NCBI GenBank assembly: GCA_002633005.1
Contig: NMRA01000085.1
Location: forward strand, 736,619 to 800,618
Length of the DNA stretch: 64,000 bases
Direction: 5' to 3'
From: Phoronis australis
Taxonomy: Eukaryota > Animalia > Phoronida
In this document: one piece after another, positions 13,801 through 25,800 of the stretch
How positions within the stretch are numbered: the first letter of the stretch is position 1
How the letters are laid out: every line of letters starts with the position of its first letter
Notes under the pieces: generated by a model
Databases searched by the model: none
Told to the model about the DNA's origin: nothing
Seen by the model: the letters and a program-made list of their open reading frames with translations, nothing else
Program-made: the position numbers and the translations under genes

Positions 13801-16800
13801 TACAGAGCATTAAATCTATTTGATAGCATAATAGACTGCGTCACCATAAATTTGCTTGTCCTTATGTCCAACTGCATAATATTACATCCTTTGCAAGAAT
13901 GCTCTACGGATTAGTCTTCCTTTATGGTGATTTTTGGGGAGCTCAAGATGTTCAGTCATAATTTGAACATCTGGAGAGCTTTGAAAAACTAGTGTCTGGT
14001 GTTGAAGATGTGCAGAGCCCACATGTTGAGTGAGGTACGAAGAAAATGGCGTCACCTGTGTGTACTAGTGAAACACGTACCTTGATATGATTAGCTGCCG
14101 GACTAGAAAACTTGTTGACTTCATGTATTATCCGCTCAACTGCTGTGAACTCGTGGGTAACTCAAAAGTCTACCTTGTGAATATTACAAAATTTAACCTT
14201 TTGGCAATTAAAAGGAAAAATTCGCTGGTTAGAAGAAAGAGCAGATGGGTGTCGTGGTATCAGAGGTCAGGTTTGCTGCAAGTCAAATTGAAAGTAAATC
14301 TGACCTCTTGTCAGAAGAACAAGTTTGCTGGTTTGAGTGCCAGACTGTTTGCACAGCCTGTTGCAGAGTATTGATAGATTCTAGACAGCAGATGGTCGTG
14401 TAGTGTTGGTGTGTGTCATAGCAACACATACACTTAGATGTCGCTTCGTGAGTGAGGCTCTCGTCAAATATAGATATAGACTGCAGAGGGAGCCACCTGT
14501 TGTTCAAGCCATTCAGCTGTCACCATAGTGGCATAACATGAAGTAGGAAATATCTGAAAGTAACTCCTTCTGATATCATTGATGATACAAGAGAAATTCG
14601 CGTCTTAGATTGTGTGAAGTATTTTTATTTGGATATGGGGCGTGTTTGGTTGTGTTCAGCTGTGGCCAGCATTAAAGCAACTGTACAGTTGTCTCTGCAA
14701 TTTCATTGATTTCTTTTTTTGCAAAATTTTAATTCCGACTGCGAAACACGTGTCTTTCATTTTCGATATGAAAGGGGTGCGCGCTTGTCTCTCGCATTGA
14801 GTATTGACAGTTCGGACGTATCTCATTTTTTACTGGGGCATAACGTTTTTATTGATTTCTGATCTGTATTGAACCAATGAAAGGTAAAAACACTTTGAGA
14901 TTTACGGGACTTGTCTACGATGTCCATCTGTTTTACGCTTTGTAAATTTGCTGAGCTCTGTTGAAGTCGACGTCATTTCCAACTGTTTCACGTTAGGTAC
15001 TTGATTGTAAGGAATGATGCCCCCCAGTTTTTTTCTTATCTCATAATATTGGAGTGAATGCTTTTGGGGGGCGGATTTCACTTGTCACTGAATGTATGCA
15101 GTGCTTATATGACGTTTACATCAGATTGCTGTGTGTATTTTGCCTGTATCGCAGTTGTAGCACGTGCTAGTGGTGTGCGCACCGTGTCACGTGAAACAAT
15201 CCGACATGCAAGTTTCACCAGTTTCACGTAATTCTGTAAATTCAGTGAAGATGTGTAATCACGGTGCGAGCTACGTGTCACCCCACAAATAACGCTTGTT
15301 TATTATCACGCATTTTACGGGTATTGTGTTTGTTTCTGTTACGCATGCGCCCCCTATAGACGGTGGAGAAACTACTCTGGGTAAGCTTGCATGTTCAGTC
15401 AGTCTAACTGCATTTTGTTGCAGCTCTAACCATGGCCCCATTTCATGTCCACTATTGGTGTAGCGCCATCTGTTGTGCAATTTGTAAACAATCAGTCATC
15501 TAGTAAACTGTATATTATTGGTATTTGTCAGTATATTTGATGCTTCAATGCCACAGCATTTCCTGTTGAAACGGGGCCATGGTGTTGAATTTACAGAAAT
15601 GAAGTGAAGTGAGTTCACCACAAGTCTGTTGAGAGTGCGGACGTGAATAAATTTAGTACCTTGGACGTGTCTGTTACTACTAGTTCTTAGAAAGTTAATC
15701 TAGAAGATTAAAATGTACTCCTTTGCGATAACCTGAATGGATACAGTACATGCCATCAAGACATTACACAATCTGTGAAGTAGAGACTGTTTTCGCGCCC
15801 TCTGCCTACTGCATCATCGCATGGCTTAAAAGCAATAGTCGATAAAACTAACCTGAATCCACATAGTAGTGATAACACTTATTTAGCTGAAAATTTGCAC
15901 GCTTTTCATAACTAGTCAGCAAACCAGTTAATCTTTCTTTGAAGTCTTTGATATTGAGCAGTTAAAGACACCAAACTATCTCAAGACGTCCATCTCAAGG
16001 ACTTTTGAGGCTGGAGGCGGGCGGAATTGGGCAACTTTGGTGTAAAGCATACCCCTCAGTGTGTCACTGTCTAAAGGGCTCTTAAGATTTTACAAGGACT
16101 ATATAGTTCCTTATCAGTTTTCACACCCATACTTTGGTGTGACAGAATTTTTTGTTGTAGCCGTATTCACACTGGAGAATTCATTGCTATATGTAGAACA
16201 TAGTGTGAACGGGGCATTAACTTGGGTAACATGGTATGGCGATTTTGGAGCCGGGTGACATTTTGTAGTGTTTCAAAAACATATTACATAGCATACAATT
16301 TGATAAATACCATGATTGTGGGCTCAGATTCACTCAATTGCTCCTCTTAATTAGAGTTAGGAAATAGTGATAATTAGTAGAAGACCCGTTTGAGATAGGC
16401 TCGCATGCAATTTCTTACACCAATAATTGCCGAAATTGCATTTTTCCATCTTTCAAATATATGCAAAAATTACATTACAGTGCTAACGATGAAGGACTTC
16501 ATTTTATTTTTAAAGCATTTCAAATTTCATGAAGTAAAAGTCCATCTTGTCCGTCATATTGTGTACTAAAATTACGTCAGAAAGTTTTTCTCATGTAATA
16601 AGGGCAAGTCTAGTGTGTCTCTTTTTCTGCACAGTTGCTTGCACTGTGGATTTTAACCAGTCTGTAATACTAATTTCAAAGCTCAAGACATGTTTTTGAA
16701 CACAGTCATCTCAAGCAAAACATTTTCACCTGTCCATTAATTTGTCATTGTCAGAATTGTTAAAATTCTAACTCAGAATTCATTCAACTTTTGGCGATGG

Positions 16801-19800
16801 AGCTAGCTGCAGATGTAGGCAATGGATTCCATGCAGTCGAATGTAGTCATACAGATACGTGACACAAAAATTGACAACATGTTTAGCAAAATCACTCAAA
16901 AGTAACTTCACAACTTTAAGGAAAGGGAGGGTCAAGAATTTTCCGTGCAGGGTTTTCACGATCTAGAATTTGTCTAGGGTAGACTTTGTCTAAATTTTTA
17001 ATTTAGCTGTAACGGATGGCTTATGGCATAAGGTCCACACTGTTAACAGATCATTTGCATTTCTTGGAAACTAAACTGATTGAACAATAGTATTATTGCT
17101 CAAATTCACTAAGTGTCCCTGTTGATATATACTAGAGATACTTATCAACTACTGTACATTAGACATATCTGCCCGCCATTGCACATTGGACGTGTCCATT
17201 TGCCGGAGTACAGAAGGCATACCTATCTGCCAATATACATTAGACATGATGTCTATCCACCATTGTACATTAGACGTGTCTGTCAGCCATTGCGCATTAG
17301 ACATGTCTGTTTGGCAGTGTACATTAGACATGTCTATCAGCCATTGTACATTAGATATCGATTCGGCAGTATACACTAGACGTGTCTTATCAGCCGTTGT
17401 ACATTAGAAACGTCTATCTGCCTTCAGTTTGTGCATTAGATGTGTCTACCAATCAGTGTACAGTAAGCCATGTTTACCTTCCAGAGTATACTCTAAAGAC
17501 AACATGGTTGCATGCTACCAGTTTTTGAAACAACGTGTCATTCATATATTTTGAGCTTTTCGCTCTGTTTTAGTTAAGGCGATGCTTTTGTCTTGTTATG
17601 TTGTGTTTCTGGTTTGTTTGGTTTTCAGTGCACTCTAATTTGTTTCGAGGCATGATTTTTTTGCTTGAATGGCACATGGTGATTTTGTGGTGTTTTTTAC
17701 GTTTTTGTTTGACTAAATTTTGTGACGAATGATTTTGTGAATTGATGAGTTCAGATAATCATGCTTTATTGATTGTGTTTTTAAGATTCAGTTATATAGA
17801 ACGAATTAGCTGTGTTTAACACTACAGCATTTAGGATTTTTTTAGAACGTTTTCGTTTTTTGAAATGAGCGTCCTTGTGCGCCTGTACCAACAGATGGCC
17901 TTTGCCCTTACTTGATGTTCTTTTCTGGAATATTTTACCTAGCGTGTAATTCAGCATTACATTACTTAGTGGACACGTGTCAGTGATTTGCCGAGTATTA
18001 TTTTTGCCACAGAACTCATTTTTGAAGCATTTTTTAAATATATTTTGGAGAACCCTTGAAACAACTGTCAGTTCACATCATGGCAATATGTTGTAACTTT
18101 TAGCTTATGGCCCAAACAAATGGAAGTCAACTGATTTGCATTTCTGTTAGTTTGCATGTTCTTATGGATGTGTAGTCCATCTCTTCTGTTATTACTATTT
18201 TTCAGTTCTGATTGGCTATACCATCATCAGCTGTTTGGTTAAAAGCAATTTAGCACGTTACTGGTTTTTGTTAAAAAATTCCAATTCCTTCATCTAATTT
18301 ACGCTGAGTGTTCAATGTTCACGAATCGGACAAGAGACTTGTAGCATGCATAAAAATTCATGTTTCGTTGTCTTTCTGTAGGGGGAGTCGTATAGTTACA
18401 AAGATGCTCTAGTTCTGGCTAATTACAAAATTGACGAGGGCGCTGCCATAGCCAGGCCAAAAGGTGAAAAGGTATGATCGAGTCGTCTTAGAATTTCGTC
18501 ATGTACATTTAGTATTACTGCAACTTTTATTTAAGTCTCTTCGTCTATTTACATTGACCTCTTGGTCTATTTTCACTGACCTCTTGGTCTATTTACACTG
18601 ACCTCTTGTCTGTTTAGTGGTGTAGTGGTTAAGGAGCTGTAGTTTCAGAAGTCGTGGGTTGAAATCCTGCCATGACTGGAGAATAGACTGACTGAAACGT
18701 CAGAGTGTAAATAGACAAGAGGTCGGTGTAAATAAACCAAGAGGTCGGTGTAAATAGACCAAGAGGTCGGTGTAAATAAACCAAGAGGCCGGTGTAAATA
18801 GACCAAGAGGCCAGTGTAAATAGACCAAGAGGTCGGTGTAAATAGACCAAGAGGTCGGTGTAAATTGACCGAGAGGTTGGTGTAAATAGACCAAGAGGTC
18901 GGTGTAAATAGACCAAGAGATTTTAATAATTATAGTAATGTTGTTACACGCCACCACCCCAGAGAAGTTTTAGAAAGTCATTAGTGTAACTGCCAACTTA
19001 TTTTGAGATATGATCGACACGTTCTTCACTTGGGCAAGTAGAATTTCATTTTGTCAAAAAAATTTCAACCGAACTTCTGTAGCTCTGAGAAAAATTTTAC
19101 TTTGTAGTTAGTATGGTGTGACCGGTGCAGATGTCGCCAAACAACATGTTGGTATATGTTTGAGCGTTTGGGGGGAAAGTGGTAACCCCTCTGAAAAATG
19201 TCAATTTTTGTAGTTAATATGTATGTCCCAAACAGAAGCATTTTAAGGTAGATAGTAAATTTATTAGTTAAAATTTGTTGCTACATCTATTAAAATGGCC
19301 GAGTGGCTGCCATTTTTTCAGAGGTTTGCTCTGCTGCAAATGCTCAAAATTTTTAGCATATATAGGTTTTAGCTCTTTTTTTCAGTGAAAATGCTCTACA
19401 TTTAACCATGTATTGCAGTTTCGGTACTGCCGTTCAAGTATTTATTTATTATCCACTCTGCCACCTGGTTGTGTCTCACATACGAGAATATTGCTGTGTC
19501 CACCTATAGTGCAGTTACTAGGCTAAACATTGTGATGGGTGGTTACAGTGGAGTCAGCAGTTCTTATTGGTAGAACAGTCCAACGCTCAGGCCTACACGT
19601 TCTACGCCAAAACGGACGACACGATGAGGAAATGGATAGATGCAATTAAGATGGCGCTGTGAGTATTGTTAGCATTCCATAGACCGGGTAATTTATCTTT
19701 TAAGAAAAGCGAGATCACACGAGACCAGACAAAATTACCCGGCCAGTAAAAGGCGAGTGTTTTGAGAGTAATCTCGAGACCTTACGGGCATAGCCTAGCA

Positions 19801-22800
19801 AAATTTGAAGTGATTGGCCGGTGAGGTTGGAATGTTGGATTATGGGATAGTGTTGATAAATTATGGGATAGAATTGATAAATTATGGGATAGAATTGATA
19901 AATTATGTGATAGAATTGATAAATTATGGGATAGAATTCACTGACTGAAGGTTTTGTTCCATAATCAGAAGTGTTTTTGCCGACAAGTTCAAGCTAATGT
20001 CTTAGACCAGCGAAAAGCACCACTGGTCTGACGTGCTTTTCACTGGTGGCTAATAATGAGGGTTGCATCAGGCCAGCTCTCTTTCAGATTACTTGAGTCT
20101 GAGAATTTCATTCGATTTTCTTTTGAATTGATCCTTTGACTAATTTGCGTATTAAACCAAATTTGAGATATTTACTTAAAGCTGCAATTGTTTTCCATTA
20201 ACTGCTCAAACATGAAATAAAAAATATTCAGTGCTGCGAAGGATTGTTAAATCCTAATGGTGAAACAATTTCCAGCAAGTGAATTTTTATTATGTTAATT
20301 ATTTTTTGATACTTCTCAATTCACCTTATGAAACTTTAGAAGTGAGGACTGTTGACTCAATTAGGAGTCAATATTCATGCAATGCTACCAACTTTCTTTA
20401 GTGACAACACAGAGCCTCCTGGTGCCAAAGATAATGGATTCGACTTCATCATGCACACATTTGACAAGCCGACTGAGTGCCACGTGTGTAAAAAGCTGCT
20501 GCGCGGCGTATTCTTCCAGGGATATTACTGTCAAAGTGAGTCTTTGGATGGAAGAACTTGATAGGTCACGTTTGACGTAAATTGTGCGGCGTTTTTCGTT
20601 GTGAATTTCTGGCGCCATTCTACTGCTTAGTTTTCCTCGACTGATAGAAGTTGAGAGAAGGTATGTAGAAAATCAAATTAAATCAATTACTGGGCTTAGG
20701 GTTGAGTTGGCAATGTAGGCAATTCGATCCGTAAGTCCAGTAATTGATTTAATTTTCTACATATTATTTACTCAACTGGATGACTGAAAGTATTCATCGC
20801 ATTGAGAGAAGGGTTTTTTGAATATGATGCACCGATGCCCTTTTTACAAAATGTGTAAGTTGGCGAGAAGTGCACTAAAAGACAACACTGGCATCTGCTG
20901 TTTCCCATCTCCATCAAACTCTGCTCATAATTTCGGAAAAACGTGCTCTTCTGTCAATTCACAGTGCAATAAATGACCAATGCAATGCTCATTGTCAGAC
21001 TGAAGAGATCACACACAAATGTACACAAAATTAATGTTATTCCTCGATTTTTGATTTGACTCATCTGTCGTCATCAGACTAGAATTTTAAAATAGCTGGT
21101 GCAAGCACGTATAGAAAAGTGTGAAAAACTTAAGACGTGCAGAGACATCTGTCTCCGAAACTAGAGAGTATGGTGTAGTCTCACCAATTTTGGACACAAT
21201 TTGTTGCCAAAATTGCCCTTTTTATGCGCCCACACATTTATATGTGGGTGCATATTGCCATCATCTCTGTCTGTGTGTACAACTTTACAATGATAAAATT
21301 TCAGTTCTAAGCACTCTTGATCTTGAAATACCATGTACCGTCAAGCTTTTTAGTTCACAACGAACATCGATTTGAAGTAATCTAACTACTCTGCCATCAT
21401 CTGTTACATTTGTCAGCAAATTTCTGCGCACACCACCAATAAATCCCATTTTCAGTTTGATCAGAAATGCATATTCCGCAAATTCTCTCATCCTTGGTTA
21501 GATCTGCCTGTCGCCCTTTTTCAACGTAAAGCTTGTGCATTGAGTAAAACGAGCAGGTATTTTCCATAAGTAGGGGTCTAAAAAGTTCAGGTATTTTTCA
21601 CTCTCTAGTTCCGTTTTGATAGTACGATAGAATTAATTTGATATTTAGTCGCATTGTTAATTACAGGGTGTCAGTTTTGTACGTCAAAGTCACAAAAATT
21701 GTTTCAGTTGGTTAATGTGGATTGCTGGAAATTTGTGATACATTGATTACGTTCATAAGTCACTTATAAATCATGACTCATTCTCTGCTGTTTGCCTGTT
21801 GCTTGTAGAGACCAGAAAACATGTTCACAAGGAGTGTATTAGCAAGTGCTCTAATCCCATCAACGGACGACTCGTCGCCCCCTTGCGGGATGCCCTGCCC
21901 CACCGGCCTAGCCGGACCTCCCACCAGTCCAAGCGGCTTGCCCAGGGCCAAGTGAGGGCATCTTACGCCTACACGGGCGTGCCAGCACCAGACAACCGGC
22001 CTGTGTTGAAGTTCCAAGTAGACGATGTTATTGAGCTGTTGAGCAGCAATGATTCAAATTGGTGGGAGGTAGGACACGCGTTATTCAGCAAGAGGAGGTT
22101 GTCAGAATGACAAAATGTAGTGAAAGTAATCATTACAAAACTTCGTGTAAACATTGGCAAACTTTGCGAAGACAAATTAAAATAAATGCAAAGGTTGGTC
22201 ATTTCGTAAACCAGAAATTTAGTATCTTTGCCAGTTTTGGCTGTCACAACTTAAGACACCTTTTATATAACTGAGGGCATATTAAAAATGAAAAAAAATT
22301 CAAAATTTTGAGCATACTCATGATGCCGCATTCGTGTTTGTAGTTTGCTGAAGAGAATCAGCAGTGGCATGGAAAATAATAATCCTTTCAATTTTTGTTT
22401 GATGAAATTCAAGGTTTAACAGCAATGTTGTTGTACCCCTAGGGACGGATTAATGGTCTAGAGGGGTTCTTTCCTGCAAACTATGTGAGAACAGAGCGTA
22501 GAATGGTAAGGATTTAATAAGCGTTGTTAGGTGCGTGCGTGCATGTGTATGCGTGTGAGGGTTTGGTTCTTACAAGTCAAGGATACAGAATGGAAATTGC
22601 AATCGTTGTATGCTAGTCCTACAAACCTTCAAGTTGGTTATGGAAAGGTCTTGCCCTTTTCGGACAAGTATTATTGCCAAAAGTGCCTTTTTTCATTTTT
22701 AAAAATCTAACATTGAAGTGACTTTCCGCAATTTTTCAAAATGCCTGACAGTAACTAGTATTTAATATCAACACGGAAAAGCATTTAATTTGATGCTACA

Positions 22801-25800
22801 CACCTTTGATGGAAAAAATGATTTTAAAATGGAATTTCACCTGTCTACCATATTGGGTCCTAAGCTGAGATTTTATGGTAAACAATGAAAGTTTAATGCT
22901 AGTTTTACAAACCTTGGTACCCAACGGAGGATGTATTAGGTTAGTCTTACAAACTTTGGTTGCATAAAGGAATTTTGAGTCTAGAGTTACAAACCTTTGT
23001 TACTTATTTGAAGTTGTATCTTTAGGCTTGAATTCCAGAATACGATCGGTGGACTTAGTTAGCAACACCATTCAATATATTTGATGTATTTAGTAGTATG
23101 CTTGATGTTAGCTATATTAATAATTCTTCACTTAATTAGCACACAGTATGGCTGACAACTAAGTGAAATTCTATGTTTGTTAAATTTTTCCTCAAAAATA
23201 ATGTTTAAAAACATTTTAGTCTATTACAAGCATGGTTCAAGAAGGTAATCAGTCATTGAAGAATGGATAAAAATGGCCCCTTTGGCAATTATTTTGTGTG
23301 CAAAGTAAGCGGAGAATTGATGGAGTTCAAGTGCCTATGTACACAGTTTTCCATCTCGCCTAATAGCTGTGATGGTTATCACTACTGGTAAATCCGCTCT
23401 TAAAAACAAAATAGTTTACCTATTTTCATTGCAATTTTATCAGCATCAGTGTCCTGAACTTGACACACCAGGGCCCCAGGGGCCAGTTGCATGAAACTGT
23501 CCCTAAAAGAACTCAACTAAGTTGCCTAAATCCTTTGCATATTTGTGTCTTTCTTCACACGCAGATGTAATATTTTGCTATCATTTCTGAAATCATCTTT
23601 ATTATGAGCTCCTCTTAGACTACTGATCAGATATTTTCTTATGATATATTAACTAAAACAAGGTCCTGAGTTCAGACATAGTCCTTAAGTTAGGGGCATT
23701 GCATGGAAATATCCATATTATTTATTTGCGATGATATTAAGAATTGAACATAGAGTTCACTCTAGTTAGTATCAAAGCCAAAAGTTGACTTAGTAATGAA
23801 TTCATACAGTACAAGGAAGGGCAATTGGTGTCTTCACAAAACAAGTTCACAAATACGCAATATATTTAGGGAACTTAGTCAAGTCCCCATTTGGGACTGT
23901 TTCATGCAACCTTGCTCTGCGGTCCACAACTTTTGTTTGGTTGAATTCCATAGACCGCAAAACACTGAAGTTCATTCTCACAATCCAACATTCCAACCTC
24001 ACCAACCAATCACTTCATTGGCTGCCATTTTGCTAGGACAGGCTAGTAAGCTTCAAGCGTATTTGCGAAATGCTTGCTTGTCACGGGGCTGTGATTTCGT
24101 TAAGTCTTGCGAAATCTTGTTTTTCTTGCGAGAAACTAGGTCTACGGAACGCTCTCCAGTACGACTGCTTGCAATTTTGTGTGCATCACATGGCCGTAGG
24201 GTTTTAGTTACCACCCCCAACCGTCACAGTTTGTCAGGGTCAATTAGGTTGTTGTCCTGATTCTTTTGATAAAAATCATTGTGTTGCAAGCACTTATTGG
24301 ACTAGTGATGTTGGTGATATTATTTTGATGAGTTCAGATCTGAACGTTTCTCAGTTTTTGGCAATGAGTCATTCAGTTAGCCAGTGAAGCTCCTCTGTTA
24401 TCTCAAATTGGCTCAAGTTGAGGCCACTCGACCTCTGACACCATACATATGCCAGTTTCTTTGACTGAGAGGTGGAGACTCACCATATTTAAACAAGAAG
24501 GTGGAGCTTTGCTGGTTTGCTTGTACTGAATCTGCTGCATTTGCCAAAGCGTCAGGCAACTTATTCAGCAGTACTTAAAAATCAAAATGGCTAGAGAGAG
24601 ACTGACTTCTGATGTGATCTGTCACGCATTTCAACTATTTGTGTTTTTCGTTTGCGTGATTTNTCCTCTTAGACTACTGATCAGATATTTTCTTATATTA
24701 ACTAAAACCGAGTCCTGAGTTCAGACATAGTCCTTAAGTTAGGGGCATTGCATGGAAATATCCATATTTATTTATTTGCGATGATATTAAGAATTCAACA
24801 CAGAGTTCACTCTGGATTAGTATCAAAGCCAAAAGTTGACTTAGTGATGAATTCATAACAGCATAAGAAAGAGCAATTGGTGTCTTCACAAAACAAGTTC
24901 ACAAATACGCTATATATTTAGGGAACTTAGTCAAGTCCCCATTTGGGACTGTTTTATGCAACCTTGCTCTGCGGTCCACCACTTTTGTTTGGTTGAATTC
25001 CATAGACCGCAAAACACTGAAGTTCATTCTCACAATCCAACATTCCAACCTCACCAACCAATCACTTCATTGGCTGCCATTTTGCTAGGACAGGCTAGTA
25101 AGGTTCAAGCGTACTTGCGAAATACTTGCTTGTCACGGGGCTGTGATTTCGTTAAGTCTTGCGAAATCTTGTTTTTCTTGCGAGAAACTAGGTCTACGGA
25201 ACGCTGTCCAGTACGACTGCTTGCAATTTTGTGTGCATCACATGGCCGTAGGGTTTTAGTTACCACCCCCAACCGTCACAGTTTGTCAGGGTCAATTAGG
25301 TTGTTGTCCTGATTCTTTTGATAAAAATCATTGTGTTGCAAGCACTTATTGGACTAGTGATGTTGGTGATATTATTTTGATGAGTTCAGATCTGAACGTT
25401 TCTCAGTTTTTGGCAATGAGTCATTCAGTTAGCCAGTGAAGCTCCTCTGTTATCTCAAATTGGCTCAAGTTGAGGCCACTCGACCTTTGACACCATACAT
25501 ATGCCAGTTTCTTTGACTGAGAGGTGGAGACTCACCATATTTAAACAAGAAGGTGGAGCTTTGCTGGTTTGCTTGTACTGAATCTGCTGCATTTGCCAAA
25601 GCGTCAAGCAACTTATTCAGCAGTACTTAAAAATCAAAATGGCTAGAGAGAGACTGACTTCTGATGTGATCTGTCACGCATTTCAACTATTTGTGTTTTT
25701 CGTTTGCGTGATTTCTTGCCAGAGTGTAAATTTCCAAGTGATGTTTGTCTATCACTTGTTTCAGTAAAGTTGCCAGGTCTTCAGCAGGACTCAGTCTCTG

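Noticed and set aside
18612-18680. tRNA gene
   Set aside because: A and B boxes are present but I could not build a cloverleaf (no acceptor or anticodon stems); treated as SINE-like. Weaker B-box-like fragments at ~400-466 (minus) and ~44650-44700 were also not called
23610-25714. 1.05 kb tandem duplication and the twin ORFs at 23796 and 24956
   Set aside because: The copies meet exactly at a single N and differ by allele-like SNPs and indels, typical of an unmerged contig overlap; the ORFs run through MITE sequence with no recognisable protein
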